Shown here: piece by piece, positions 10,097 through 20,741 of the stretch | How positions within the stretch are numbered: the first letter of the stretch is position 1 | How the letters are laid out: every line of letters starts with the position of its first letter | NCBI GenBank assembly: GCA_965222375.1 | Contig: CBDCTZ010000014.1 | Coordinates: 480,001-544,000 of the forward strand | Reading direction: 5' to 3' | DNA from: Polyangiaceae bacterium | GTDB taxonomy: Bacteria; Myxococcota_A; Polyangia; Polyangiales; Polyangiaceae | Length of the DNA stretch: 64,000 bases | Notes under the pieces: model-generated | Database searches by the model: none | What the model was told of the DNA's origin: nothing | The model's input: the letters and a program-made list of their open reading frames with translations, nothing else | Translations under genes and position numbers: made by a program

Positions 10097-11773
10097 ATGG
10101 CTGCGTCCGGTCGCATCCGGCGGCGCCTGGCGCTCGCGATCGTCATCACCGCGTTGATTCCGGTGCTGGTCGCCATATTTTTGGCTGACAGCATGGTGCG
10201 GCAGGCGGCATCGAAGTTCTTCGTGCCGGAGGTGGGTGCGCGATTGGACCAATCCCTGGGCCTGTACCAGGAGCTGGCTCGCACCATGAAGATGGCCATG
10301 CGCAACGCCACGGACGCTATCGCAGCGGACCAGGCATTGCGTGGCGCTGCTGTCGAAAAGAACGGTCCAGCTGTCCAGCGCGAGTTGGACCGAGCTTTCC
10401 CCAAGTACCCCAGCCTGGTTTCCTTGGAGGTCTTGGACGCCACGGGCAAGCGCTTGGCCTTTGCGGATCGCGGGCGCCCCGTGGATGAAGCGAAAGAAAA
10501 CAAGTTGGAGGTGGTTCGCCCGCTGGCGGAAGCGCCGCCCGAGGAGAGCGTCAAGGACGACCTGGGCTCCGACGAGCTCGACGACGAACTAGGCGACGAG
10601 ATCGACGAGATGGGGCCGGTGCCTCGACTCGTGGCGGTATTCGCCGCAGACAAGGCCCGCTTCGAAGAGTTGACGGAGATGAGCCAATTCGTCGACACCT
10701 ACAAGCAGGTGGAGCGCCGCAAAGACATGGATGAGCAATCCTATGTCTACGCCTTCGCAGCGTTGCTAGGCATCACCATCATCATGGCTGTTGGCGTGGG
10801 CACTCTACTGGCGCGTGGCGTATCGTCGCGTCTGGGAGGGCTTTCCGAGGCCACCACCAAGGTCGGCGCTGGCGATCTATCCATTCGTGTATCCGAGGAC
10901 GGCCATGACGAAATCTCGGATTTGGCCAAAGCCTTCAATCGCATGTTGGGTGAAGTCGAGACGAGCCGCGCGCGGATCGAGTATCTCCAGCGGATTGGAG
11001 CGTGGCAGGAGATGGCTCGGCGGCTGGCTCACGAGATCAAGAACCCTCTCACGCCCATCCAGCTAGCAGTTCAGGAAGTACATCGCCGCTACGACGGCTC
11101 CGACGAGCATTTTCAAAAGCTGATCGACACGACCCTAGAGATCGTAGAGGACGAGGTCGGCACCTTGCGGCGACTGGTGGGGGAGTTTTCGAACTTCGCT
11201 CGCCTGCCCCAGGCGGAGCTCGAGGAGCTCGACCTGCGCGCGCTGCTCGACGAGTGGAGCACGCACCTGGAGGTTGGCGATGAGGAAATCGGCGAGGCCG
11301 CCCTGGTGCCCCGGGGGGTGGAGCTCGCCTTCGAGCTGGAAACCGAGAACGCGCGCGTCTTTCTCGATCGGCAGATGTTCCGGCGGGTCGTGCTGAACCT
11401 CGTGCGCAACGGTGCCCAGGCCGTGGAAGCTCAGGGTCAAGAGGCTGGGAAGGTCGTGGTGCGCCTGAGCCGCTCTGGAGACGCGTTCTTGTTGGACGTC
11501 GACGACAGTGGCCCGGGTATTCCTCAGGATATGCGAGTGACTATCTTCGATCCCTACGTGACGACGAAGATGGAGGGTACGGGCTTGGGGCTCGCTATCG
11601 TCAAGAAGATCGTCGTGGAACACGGTGGAACCATCGTGGCCGACGGGAGCCCCCTGGGAGGCGCGCGGATGCGCGTGCGGTTGCCCGCCGCCGACAGCCC
11701 CGAAGGCAAGCAACTGCTCGAGGCACGCTCGCTGCCGTCGCCACCATCGTCCAGGAGAATGCCGGCGAGTTGA
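10097..11773 (+). CDS. Membrane sensor histidine kinase, NtrY-like (HAMP-HisKA-HATPase)
   Basis: Two TMs, HAMP, AWQEMARRLAHEIKNPLTPIQL, DSGPG, GTGLGL. Confidence 0.93.
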   Translation: MAASGRIRRRLALAIVITALIPVLVAIFLADSMVRQAASKFFVPEVGARLDQSLGLYQELARTMKMAMRNATDAIAADQALRGAAVEKNGPAVQRELDRAFPKYPSLVSLEVLDATGKRLAFADRGRPVDEAKENKLEVVRPLAEAPPEESVKDDLGSDELDDELGDEIDEMGPVPRLVAVFAADKARFEELTEMSQFVDTYKQVERRKDMDEQSYVYAFAALLGITIIMAVGVGTLLARGVSSRLGGLSEATTKVGAGDLSIRVSEDGHDEISDLAKAFNRMLGEVETSRARIEYLQRIGAWQEMARRLAHEIKNPLTPIQLAVQEVHRRYDGSDEHFQKLIDTTLEIVEDEVGTLRRLVGEFSNFARLPQAELEELDLRALLDEWSTHLEVGDEEIGEAALVPRGVELAFELETENARVFLDRQMFRRVVLNLVRNGAQAVEAQGQEAGKVVVRLSRSGDAFLLDVDDSGPGIPQDMRVTIFDPYVTTKMEGTGLGLAIVKKIVVEHGGTIVADGSPLGGARMRVRLPAADSPEGKQLLEARSLPSPPSSRRMPAS

Positions 11774-11871
11774 GGCCCTAGGGCCGCAGCAAACGTCGCT
11801 GGCGCCCAGCAGGCGTTGCACTACAGTGCGGTCGTGGCAGTTTGCCACCCGAATTCGAAACCCACGCAGCC

Positions 11872-12420
11872 ATGCCCGAAAAGCGCAAACCGACCCAGAA
11901 CCCACGCCAAGCGTGGATCACCTTGGCCATGGTGATCGTGGTCAGCGGGCTGTTCGGGTTGATCGTATTGCCACGCATTGGAGGCAAGGCGAGCAAGCTG
12001 GAGGGACTCAGCGCGCCGGACTTCGCCTTGGAAGTCATTCACGGCGGTGAGGCGGGCAATCGCATTCGGCTCTCAGATCTGCGTGGCAAGCCAGTCGTCA
12101 TCGACTTTTGGGCGAGCTGGTGCATTCCCTGCAAGAAGCAGATCCCGATCCTCGATCAATTTGCGAAGGCAAACACGGACGTTCATGTCTTGGGAGTCAA
12201 TACTGATGACCGCCGGCCGGACGCCGTGGCTTTTGCCAGATCCAAGGCGCTCTCCTATCCGGCGGTCTTCGACGAATCGGCCAAGGCAGCGACGGCCTAC
12301 GGCGTGCGTGGTTTGCCCACCATGGTCGTGGTCAGTGCCAAGGGGCAGATCGTCGCGGTACGCAGCCGCGTCGTTCCTCGGGAAGAAATCGAGGCCCTCG
12401 TCGCCTCTGCGGCGCCCTGA
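11872..12420 (+). CDS. TlpA/ResA-like thiol-disulfide oxidoreductase
   Basis: N-terminal TM and FWASWCIPC. Confidence 0.9.
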   Translation: MPEKRKPTQNPRQAWITLAMVIVVSGLFGLIVLPRIGGKASKLEGLSAPDFALEVIHGGEAGNRIRLSDLRGKPVVIDFWASWCIPCKKQIPILDQFAKANTDVHVLGVNTDDRRPDAVAFARSKALSYPAVFDESAKAATAYGVRGLPTMVVVSAKGQIVAVRSRVVPREEIEALVASAAP

Positions 12421-12464
12421 CGTCGACTCGCTTGGCTGCCTGCTGCGTGCTATGACTTGGCGTC

Positions 12465-12866
12465 ATGGAGCCATGCATTCAGAGCTTTGACGAGTTTTGG
12501 CCGTTCTACGTGTGTGAGCACAAGAAGAAGCTCACCCGTCAGTTGCACTTCGTCGGCACGACCTTGGCGCTTTCCGCGGTCGCTGGCGGATTGGCAACGC
12601 GCCACAAGTGGCTGCTCGCCGTCGCTCCTGTCGTGGGTTACGGGCCCGCATGGTTTTCTCATTTCGTGATCGAGAAGAACCGACCCGCCACCTTCAAGTA
12701 CCCGAAGTGGAGCCTGATGGCGGATTTCATCATGTGGGGCAAGATGCTCGCCGGGACCATGGACGAAGAGGTCGAGCAGATCCTCAAGATCGTCGACGAC
12801 GAGCCCGCCCCCGAGTCGGAGCCGGAGATCCGGCCCAATATGGCGACTGACGGCACGCTGAATTAG
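12465..12866 (+). CDS. DUF962 / Mpo1-like protein
   Basis: FWPFYVCEH, LHFVGT, AWFSHFVIEKNRPATFKYP. Confidence 0.88.
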   Translation: MEPCIQSFDEFWPFYVCEHKKKLTRQLHFVGTTLALSAVAGGLATRHKWLLAVAPVVGYGPAWFSHFVIEKNRPATFKYPKWSLMADFIMWGKMLAGTMDEEVEQILKIVDDEPAPESEPEIRPNMATDGTLN

Positions 12867-12945
12867 CCAGCGTCGGGCATCCTGTTTCACTTCCGAGCCG
12901 CACGTGCGCGCGCGAGGCACGCACCGGTGCGGATATGGGTCAGAG

Positions 12946-13178
12946 GAGAGTGAACCGGAAGGAAAGGAAGGGGGGAAGGGCAGAGAGAGGTTTTTGGGTT
13001 TCGCGTCCTTGGGCGGCGAAGGGGCTCGCATCTCGCCGTGGGTCGGGCTTGGCGCTGGACTTCCGTCGTCGGCTGAACGGCAGGCGTGAGACTAGGTTAG
13101 GTTCCTTTACGAGGAGCACCAGACCCGAACAGACCCAAACCCTCTTCCTTCCCAACCTTCCCGCCTCCTGTTCACTCT
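12946..13178. repeat. Imperfect inverted-repeat element (REP/MITE-like)
   Basis: Purine-rich left arm AGAGTGAACCGGAAGGAAAGGAAGG...TTTGGGT pairs with pyrimidine-rich right arm ACCCAAACCCTCTTCCTTCCC...CCTGTTCACTCT; lies between convergent genes. Confidence 0.65.
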
Positions 13179-13221
13179 TGGAAGCGAGCCAGCTCGGGAA
13201 GAGTGGTGCTGGCTGCAGGTC

Positions 13222-15798
13222 CTAGGGTGCGAGCTCGGCGGCGCTGCGGGGGAGCAGTTTGAAGTCCTTGAATGAGTAGGTCAGCACGCCGGTGATCTTC
13301 GAAAAGGGTGTGCCCACGGCGTAGGTGTTGTCCATCGCGTCGTAGATCTCGTCATCGATGCGTAGGTTCCCGGTGACCGTGAACTCGTCGAAGTCCTTGG
13401 GCGAATCTGGGTTCATGATCGTGACCTTGACGCCGCTCACGCTCAGCAACATCGACTCATAACCCTCAGCCATGCTGCCACCCGTCGCGATGTCTGCAGG
13501 ATTGCTGATGGCGATGGGGCCGAAGGGCAGCGTGGTGCCCGGATTGGTCACGGTGATCGTGGGACTGCTGACTTCGGAGAAGTCGAAGAACTCCTCGTAG
13601 GTGCCGGTCACCGTGACCTCATTACCGACGCTCACGCCGGGATCGGAACCTTTGGTGAAGATGAAGATGCCACTGAAGGGCTTGAGGGAGGTGTCCTGTG
13701 CGTAGAAGCCTCGGTCTCCACTCGAGAGGGGGCGCACGGCGGTGACATAGAGCCCCGTCAGCGTGACCGTACTTCCCTCCTTGGGATGATTGGGGTGAGC
13801 CGGGTTGCGCACGGCCTCGACGGAAAGTGCGCAGGCGACGAAGGCTGGGTTCTTCTCTGCGCAGGTGTCGCAGGCATCGCCCTTGCCGTCCTGATCCTTG
13901 TCCAACTGCATTCCGTTGTGTGTGTCCGGGCAGTTGTCGACGCCGTTTGACCAACCGTCGCCGTCGATATCGGCAAAGTCCTTCGGGGTGCAGGCGTCGG
14001 TCGCGTCCTGCGGGCATGGATCGCACGCGTCGCCCTTGTTGTCTGCGTCTGCGTCGCCCTGCTTGCCTTGATCCATGGGGCGAACGGGGTTGAAGACTTT
14101 GGGGCAGTTGTCCGTGCTGTCGTCGATGCCATCGCCGTCGGCGTCGGTGGCGCTGGGCACGCCGGTGTACTCCGTAGGTCGGGAGGGGACGCAGGTGGGC
14201 TCGATCGGCGGCGGGCCGCCGCAGGTGAACAGCGGTGCGAATCCCTCCGCGATGCTCTTGATGGTTGCAAGCGCGACGCCGGTGTCGGCCTGAGCACAAA
14301 CTTTCTTCTGAGCACCGCAAACATCCAGCGGTTCGCATGCCGCTGCGCCTAGTTCGGGTGCCGATATGAGGGCGCTGTCTCCATATAGGACTTTGCCACC
14401 CCGCATGACGAGGGCAACGTCCTTGGCTTCAGCGGCTATGACTGCGCGGTGGTCTTTGTTGGTGCTGCCATCGAAGATGGCGATGTCGGCCACATAGCTA
14501 GGTTTGAGCATGCCTAGGCCACGCTCAATGCCCGCTGCCAAGGCACCATTCGTGGTCACCATTTCCCACAGCCGATAGTCTGAGAAATGGCTGTCATAGT
14601 GCGTCTTGTTGAGGTAGTCGGCGCAGGCTAACTCCCGGGATAGATTCAGTGACCCCGAGAGCAACCAGTCGGTGCCAAGAGCAATGCCCACGCCCTGCGC
14701 CGCGAGGTTGGTTATCGGGGCAGTATTCCCGTAGAGCGATACATTCGAGCGAGGAGACCAAACTACCCACGCGCTTTCGGTGGCGATCTCTGCGACCTCC
14801 TTCGGAGATACGGCGATGGCGTGGACGATGGCGGTTTGCGGTTCTACGACGTCGAGGCTGCCTGCAGTGGTGCAGGTCATCTCGTTGCGGGCCGCCTGGC
14901 TGATTCCCTCGGAGATGTGAGGGGAGTAGCCGTCCAGACCTACGATGTCAGCAGCAGTCGTCGCCTTGCTGCCGTAGTTGCAGCCGGAGTCCTTCAGCGT
15001 TCCCGAGGCATCGTTGAGTGGAAATGTGTCCGAGTCCACCGTCTGTGCAGCTAGTCCCTCCTTGTTCGAGGTATCCAGGTTGCGCAGGAGTCCTTTTTGA
15101 CCACCTGCGCTGATGGCACTGGTTACTCCGCCCATCAAGAAGCGTAGCTCTGCACCGAGGACCGCATCTTTCGGTGCGCCACTCTTGTACTTGATTTCGG
15201 GCTTGCTGTTCGCTCCCGTGCGCCACTCGTGTCGGTGTGTATAGCGCTCGCTGCCGTCGACCGGCTTGTTGTGCGCGTAGGTGATATGATCATGCGCATT
15301 GATCAAGCCCGGAGAGATCACGCCATTCGCACAAGTCACCGTCGTGGAGTTCGCCGCTGATGCCGAGCAGTCGCAGGCCACGCACGTGATGTTGCCATTC
15401 GCGTCAACCGTTACTTCGCCACCGCGGTAGATCTTCTGGGGCGCAAGCACCGTTCCAACCAGACGCAACCCCTGTGTGCCCGGTGTGGTGACTTCACACA
15501 CGCCCGACGCGGGAGGAGTCAGCGTCTTCTGACAGTCCACGACCTCGAGCTTGGTGCCGGGACCCATGCCGCCCTCGCCGCCCATGCCGCCGGCGCCGCC
15601 GGTCGCGCCGGCTTGGCCGCCTTGGCCCGCTCCCCCGAGGCCGCTGTCCGCGGCCCCAATGCCACCCAACCCACCAGTGCCCCCGAACGCTCCAGCGCCA
15701 CCAGTATTGCCGCCGGTGTCGTCACTGCCACATCCAACGAAGGAGATGGCGGCCAAAGATACGAGGGTTGAACCAAGGGCGAGAGCGAATCGTTTCAT
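13222..15798 (-). CDS. Lipoprotein amidohydrolase (deaminase-like) with thrombospondin type-3 repeats and C-terminal OB-like domains
   Basis: Lipobox FVGC; PGLINAHDH, HISE, AIVHA, LGTDW; DADGDGIDDSTDNCP-type repeats. Confidence 0.82.
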   Translation of the reverse strand: MKRFALALGSTLVSLAAISFVGCGSDDTGGNTGGAGAFGGTGGLGGIGAADSGLGGAGQGGQAGATGGAGGMGGEGGMGPGTKLEVVDCQKTLTPPASGVCEVTTPGTQGLRLVGTVLAPQKIYRGGEVTVDANGNITCVACDCSASAANSTTVTCANGVISPGLINAHDHITYAHNKPVDGSERYTHRHEWRTGANSKPEIKYKSGAPKDAVLGAELRFLMGGVTSAISAGGQKGLLRNLDTSNKEGLAAQTVDSDTFPLNDASGTLKDSGCNYGSKATTAADIVGLDGYSPHISEGISQAARNEMTCTTAGSLDVVEPQTAIVHAIAVSPKEVAEIATESAWVVWSPRSNVSLYGNTAPITNLAAQGVGIALGTDWLLSGSLNLSRELACADYLNKTHYDSHFSDYRLWEMVTTNGALAAGIERGLGMLKPSYVADIAIFDGSTNKDHRAVIAAEAKDVALVMRGGKVLYGDSALISAPELGAAACEPLDVCGAQKKVCAQADTGVALATIKSIAEGFAPLFTCGGPPPIEPTCVPSRPTEYTGVPSATDADGDGIDDSTDNCPKVFNPVRPMDQGKQGDADADNKGDACDPCPQDATDACTPKDFADIDGDGWSNGVDNCPDTHNGMQLDKDQDGKGDACDTCAEKNPAFVACALSVEAVRNPAHPNHPKEGSTVTLTGLYVTAVRPLSSGDRGFYAQDTSLKPFSGIFIFTKGSDPGVSVGNEVTVTGTYEEFFDFSEVSSPTITVTNPGTTLPFGPIAISNPADIATGGSMAEGYESMLLSVSGVKVTIMNPDSPKDFDEFTVTGNLRIDDEIYDAMDNTYAVGTPFSKITGVLTYSFKDFKLLPRSAAELAP

Positions 15799-15939
15799 GC
15801 ATGGGCTCCTGAAGCGGCCGGGAGTGTTCCATGCTCTGTCGCCCAGCGCCCGCCCGAGTTGCGTTTTTTGCGCGTCTTTTTGCCCCGAGAGCGACTTCTA
15901 TTTGGGTTTTTCCCGAAATTCTCACTAGAACGCCGGCAA

Positions 15940-16800
15940 ATGGGATCCGGGCTCAGTCACGCAGCGTTGCTTGGATTCCTTCAGGGGCTGACCGAATTCC
16001 TCCCGGTCTCCAGTTCCGGGCACCTGGCCGTGGCGGGCATGGTCTTCGATGTGAAGGAAGGCGGGCTGACCCTCAGCGTGATGCTGCACGCCGGGACCCT
16101 CCTGGCAACGCTACTCGTGCTCTGGCGCCGCATCGCACCCGCCGTCGTCGACGGTGTGGGCGCTCTGGGTCGTCCGAGTCGCTTCAAGGAGTCCGAAGGT
16201 GGGAGAGATGCCCTCGTCGTGATCGTCGCGTCGGTGCCTACTGCGGCGATCGGACTGCTCGCCCGGGACGCGGTGGAGCGCTACACGGGGTCTCCATTCG
16301 TCGTCGGGCTCGGTTTCCTGATGACGACCGTCCTGCTGCTCTCGACGCGATGGGTCAAGCCCGGCAAGCGTGAGAGTCCCAGCATCGGCGCCGCGTTTCT
16401 ACTCGGTCTAGTTCAGGGCATCGCCGTTCTGCCCGGCGTGTCTCGCAGCGGCTCGACCATTGCGTTCGCGCTCTGGCTCAAGGTGCGTCCTGACCGCGCC
16501 TTCGACTTGTCGATGCTCATGTCTTTGCCTGTCGTTTTTGGCGCTGTGCTGCTGGAGGCGCGTCACCTCTCGGCGGCGTCGGGAGGGCTTGCGGTGGCAG
16601 GCGTGGGGGCGGTGGTTGCGTTCGGGGTGGGCGTCGTGGCCATCTTGGTCTTGAGGCGAGTCGTCGTGCGCGGGCATTTCTCCTTGTTTGCTTTGTGGGT
16701 GTTTCCACTGGCACTAGCGACCTTGGCCATGAGCAAGTCTTGGCCCGTGCCCGCAGAAAAGCAGGTTCGCACGAGCTGTGCGGCCCGTATCACCGGTTGA
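15940..16800 (+). CDS. uppP: Undecaprenyl-diphosphate phosphatase
   Basis: LQGLTEFLPVSSSGHL, PGVSRSGSTI. Confidence 0.93.
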   Translation: MGSGLSHAALLGFLQGLTEFLPVSSSGHLAVAGMVFDVKEGGLTLSVMLHAGTLLATLLVLWRRIAPAVVDGVGALGRPSRFKESEGGRDALVVIVASVPTAAIGLLARDAVERYTGSPFVVGLGFLMTTVLLLSTRWVKPGKRESPSIGAAFLLGLVQGIAVLPGVSRSGSTIAFALWLKVRPDRAFDLSMLMSLPVVFGAVLLEARHLSAASGGLAVAGVGAVVAFGVGVVAILVLRRVVVRGHFSLFALWVFPLALATLAMSKSWPVPAEKQVRTSCAARITG

Positions 16801-16833
16801 GTGCACGCGCAGGCCGTGGCAAGGGTTTCGAAG

Positions 16834-17928
16834 ATGACCGCGGAAGCCCACGTTTATTCGGTGATTCTTGCGGGCGGCAGCGGCACGCGCTTCTGGCCCG
16901 CGTCTAGGACCCAGCGGCCGAAGCAGCTGCTCGCACTGGGGCCAAGTGACGAAAGCCTGATGCGGGAGACCGTGCGCCGCGTTGCTCCACTCAGTCCCTC
17001 CGAACGAGTCCTGATTGCTACGGGTCAGCGTCTGCTCGACGCGACCCGGAAGGCGCTGCCGGAGCTGCCGGAGAGTGCCTTCCTCGGCGAACCCCAGGCC
17101 AAGAACACGGCGCCGTGCATTGGTTGGGCGGCGGCGATGGCGCATCGACGCGATCCTGATGCGGTTGTGATGGTGCTTCCGAGTGATCAACACGTCGGTG
17201 ACGAAGTGGCGTTTCTGAGTGCGCTGCGTCGTGCCCTGGCGTCGGCGCGGACCGGCGTGATCACCACCGTCGGCATTCAGCCAACTCGCCCCGAAACCGG
17301 GTACGGCTACATCGAAGTGGGCGACACCGTTGCCGAGGGTGTCGCCCAGGTCGTGCGCTTTGTCGAGAAGCCGGACCCGCCAAAGGCGCAGGAGTACCTC
17401 CGAAGCGGGCGCTACGTGTGGAATAGCGGGATGTTCTTTTTTCGTGCCCAGGACATGCTCCAGGCCCTCGAGCAGCACGCCCCAGAGATCAGCTCGGGCC
17501 TCAGAGCCATTGAAGCGGCGGAAGGCAAAGGGGCCGACGCCGAATCTGCCGCCGTCAAAGAAGCATTCGAACAGTTTCCATCCATCAGTATCGATTACGC
17601 AGTCATGGAGCGCGCCGAGCGGCTTCACGTCGTGCCGGCGGATTTCGGCTGGAGCGACCTTGGCAGCTGGCAGAGCGCCTGGGAACTGTCCGAGAAAGAC
17701 GAAGCAGGGAATGCCGTGCCAACCGGCACGGTGCTGGTCGATGCTCGGGGCAATCTCGTGAGCACGTCCGCGGGCGCCGACGCCAAGCTCGTCGCCCTCG
17801 TCGGTGTTGAAGGTCTTGCCGTCGTGGATACGGGCGACGCGCTTCTGGTGATGCCCCGAGAGCGTTCCCAAGATGTCCGCGCTGTGGTGGACGCATTGAA
17901 AGCCGCTGGCCGCTCTGAGCTGTTATGA
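16834..17928 (+). CDS. manC: Mannose-1-phosphate guanylyltransferase
   Basis: ILAGGSGTRFWPASR...PKQ, KNTAPC, PSD, ETGYGYI, FVEKP, WNSGMF, GWSDLGSW. Confidence 0.93.
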   Translation: MTAEAHVYSVILAGGSGTRFWPASRTQRPKQLLALGPSDESLMRETVRRVAPLSPSERVLIATGQRLLDATRKALPELPESAFLGEPQAKNTAPCIGWAAAMAHRRDPDAVVMVLPSDQHVGDEVAFLSALRRALASARTGVITTVGIQPTRPETGYGYIEVGDTVAEGVAQVVRFVEKPDPPKAQEYLRSGRYVWNSGMFFFRAQDMLQALEQHAPEISSGLRAIEAAEGKGADAESAAVKEAFEQFPSISIDYAVMERAERLHVVPADFGWSDLGSWQSAWELSEKDEAGNAVPTGTVLVDARGNLVSTSAGADAKLVALVGVEGLAVVDTGDALLVMPRERSQDVRAVVDALKAAGRSELL

Positions 17929-18022
17929 ATGGCCGGGAGCGGTCTGTTGCCCTACGAATTTGCAAGCCTCTGGTCTTTCAGCCGTCACAAAGGTAGTAGT
18001 TCCCCGTCCCAAGGAGTGACCG

Positions 18023-18460
18023 ATGCGTCGTGCCGTTGCCCTGCTCATACCGCTCTTTGCCCTGACCTTCACGGGCTGCGGTAAGATCAAAAAAACCAAG
18101 GAGTGTGCCGCTTTCATCGACAAAGTGAACGCTTCTTTGAAGGTCATCGAACAGCACACGAATACCGCGGGCAAGGACGACGCCAAGGCCGTGGCGGACA
18201 TGAAGAAGCTGGGAGAGCTGTACGAGACCCTAGCAAAGGACGTGGGTGGAATCGAAATCACCACCGCCGATCTGAAGACCCACGTGGGCGAATACCAGAC
18301 CATGGCGACGAAGGCGGCAGCTGCTGCGCGCCAGGTCGCGGATGCCATCGAGACGAAGAATCCGGAAAAAGCCGACAAGGCTCAGAAAGAGTTCGACAGC
18401 ATCGTCAAGCAGGAGGACGAGCTGGTGAACAAGATCAACACGTACTGCCAGGCGCCCTGA
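18023..18460 (+). CDS. Small helical lipoprotein
   Basis: AAGGAG SD, lipobox FTGC, helical Lys/Glu/Ala-rich body with flanking Cys. Confidence 0.8.
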   Translation: MRRAVALLIPLFALTFTGCGKIKKTKECAAFIDKVNASLKVIEQHTNTAGKDDAKAVADMKKLGELYETLAKDVGGIEITTADLKTHVGEYQTMATKAAAAARQVADAIETKNPEKADKAQKEFDSIVKQEDELVNKINTYCQAP

Positions 18461-18505
18461 GAGCGGCACAGCCTTGCGACTGGCTCGGTACACGCGGCGG
18501 GACCA

Positions 18506-20590
18506 CTAGCGTCGACGCCGGGGGCGACTGGACCTACGCAGCTTGGGCTTCGTGGACGGAGTGCTGACCGTAGACTGCCCCGATTCGCCCTGGAGCTTTC
18601 TTAGCTCGTCCCGCAGATGCGCTGCGGTCTCGAACTCCAGGTTCTCCGCGGCTGCAAACATCTGTTGCCTGAGGGATTCGGTTTGCTCCGCAAGGAGCGC
18701 AGCGGCATCCGCCGTATCGGCCGTTGCCGGCGCGCGCTTCTTGGCTCCGTCGCGGGGCCCCCTAGGCACTGCGTAGTAGTCCGTCGTACCGCTGGCGGGA
18801 TTGATATCCAAAATCGCGCGCCGCACGGTCTGCGGAGTGATGCCGTGTTTTTCGTTGTACGCCTTCTGTAATCCACGCCGCCGATTGGTTTCGTCGATGG
18901 CGTACTTCATCGCGTCGGTAGTGCGGTCCGCATACATGAGCACGCGGCCCTCGACGTTGCGCGCGGCGCGGCCGATCGTCTGGATCAGTGAACGGGGGCT
19001 GCGTAGAAAGCCTTCCTTGTCAGCATCCAAGATCCCAACCAGGCTGACTTCGGGTAGGTCCAAGCCCTCGCGCAGGAGGTTGATCCCGACGAGCACGTCG
19101 TATTCACCAGCGCGCAGGTCTCGCAATAGGTCGATTCGGTCCAAGGTATCGACATCCGAGTGTAGGTAACGAACGCGAATGCCCAACTCCGCGTAGTACT
19201 CGGTCAAGTCTTCGGCCATGCGTTTGGTCAGCGTCGTGACGAGCACCCGCTCGTCCTTTTCGACGCGTTTGCGGATTTCTCCGAGCAGGTCATCCACCTG
19301 GCCGGCAACGGGGCGGACCTCGATTTCCGGATCGAGCAGCCCTGTAGGTCGGATCAGCTGTTCGATCACGACGCCGTCACATTTTTCGACCTCGAAGGTG
19401 CCCGGTGTGGCGGAAACGAAGACAGTGCGCCGCATGTACTTCTCGAACTCTTCGAACTTCAAGGGTCGGTTGTCCAAAGCGCTGGGTAGGCGAAAGCCGA
19501 AGTCGACCAAGGTTTCCTTGCGCGAGCGATCTCCGCGGAACATGGCGCCAACCTGGGGCACCGTCTGGTGCGACTCGTCGAGGATGAGCAGGAAGTTCTC
19601 GGGAAAGTAGTCGATGAGGGTCGGGGGCGGCTCGTCGGGCTGACGCCCGGACAAATGCCGCGAGTAGTTTTCGATGCCCTGCACGAACCCCATCTGTTCG
19701 AGCATCTCCAAGTCGTAGGAGGTGCGCTGTTCGATGCGCTGCTTCTCCAAGAAACGCACTTCCTTGTCGAAGTACTCCAGGCGCTCCTTCAACTCGGCTC
19801 GGATGGCGTTGATTGAGCGCTGCAGCTGCTGTCGAGGAGTCACGTAGTGGGAGCCGGGGAATACGGCGTACTTGTCCAACTCCGAGAGCACGCGGCCACG
19901 GACTGGGTCCACCTCCGAAATGGAGTCGACCTCGTCCCCGAAGAACTCCACCCGAATTGCGGTCTTGTCCTCATAGACGGGGAAGATCTCTACGACGTCT
20001 CCGCGCACTCGAAAGGTGCCGCGATGGAAGTCCGTGTCGTTGCGCTCGTATTGGATGTCCACCAGGCGCCGAAGCAGGTTGTCACGTCGTAGCTCTTCGC
20101 CCTTCTGGATTTCGATCAGCAGCCCCTCGTAGGTTTCAGCCGAGCCGATGCCGTAGATGCAGCTCACGCTGGCGACGATGATCACATCCGAGCGCGACAG
20201 CAGGGCCTGCGTTGCCGCGTGCCGCATCCGGTCGATCTGGTCGTTGATGATCGCATCTTTGTCGATAAAGGTGTCAGTGTTCGGAATGTAGGCTTCTGGT
20301 TGGTAGTAGTCGTAGTAGCTGACGAAGTAGTGGCAGGCGTTGTCTGGGAAGAGATCTCGCATTTCCCCGTACAGCTGCGCCGCCAGGGTCTTGTTCGGCG
20401 CCATGATGAGCGTCGGCACCTGCATTTTCTGGATGACGTTCGCGATTGTGAACGTCTTGCCGCTTCCCGTAATGCCCAGCAGCGTCTGGTAGCGCTCACC
20501 GGCTTCGAGGCCTTTGATCAGTGCTTCAATCGCCTGGGGCTGATCACCCTTGGGCTGGAAGTCACTGCGAAGTTGAAACGGACGGGGCAC
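18506..20590 (-). CDS. uvrB: Excinuclease ABC subunit B
   Basis: [29 protein letters not shown]-terminal UVR coil. Confidence 0.98.
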   Translation of the reverse strand: MPRPFQLRSDFQPKGDQPQAIEALIKGLEAGERYQTLLGITGSGKTFTIANVIQKMQVPTLIMAPNKTLAAQLYGEMRDLFPDNACHYFVSYYDYYQPEAYIPNTDTFIDKDAIINDQIDRMRHAATQALLSRSDVIIVASVSCIYGIGSAETYEGLLIEIQKGEELRRDNLLRRLVDIQYERNDTDFHRGTFRVRGDVVEIFPVYEDKTAIRVEFFGDEVDSISEVDPVRGRVLSELDKYAVFPGSHYVTPRQQLQRSINAIRAELKERLEYFDKEVRFLEKQRIEQRTSYDLEMLEQMGFVQGIENYSRHLSGRQPDEPPPTLIDYFPENFLLILDESHQTVPQVGAMFRGDRSRKETLVDFGFRLPSALDNRPLKFEEFEKYMRRTVFVSATPGTFEVEKCDGVVIEQLIRPTGLLDPEIEVRPVAGQVDDLLGEIRKRVEKDERVLVTTLTKRMAEDLTEYYAELGIRVRYLHSDVDTLDRIDLLRDLRAGEYDVLVGINLLREGLDLPEVSLVGILDADKEGFLRSPRSLIQTIGRAARNVEGRVLMYADRTTDAMKYAIDETNRRRGLQKAYNEKHGITPQTVRRAILDINPASGTTDYYAVPRGPRDGAKKRAPATADTADAAALLAEQTESLRQQMFAAAENLEFETAAHLRDELRKLQGESGQSTVSTPSTKPKLRRSSRPRRRR

Positions 20591-20741
20591 GGACAGCCCA
20601 CATCTTTTGGGAAAGCTGGTCCCTTTTCAAGCGCGCCGGAGCGACTTTGTGGTGTGCCCCGCCAACCCCGGGGCAGGGGCTGGGATATCTGCGAATTCAG
20701 ATACTTGGGGCATGGCCGAAGGGAGCGGTTAGACTGCTGAG

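Noticed and set aside
15540..15720. GC-rich low-complexity repeats (also about 3530-3690, 20810-20930, 38390-38510)
   Set aside because: They encode Gly/Ala linkers of lipoproteins and are not independent DNA elements.
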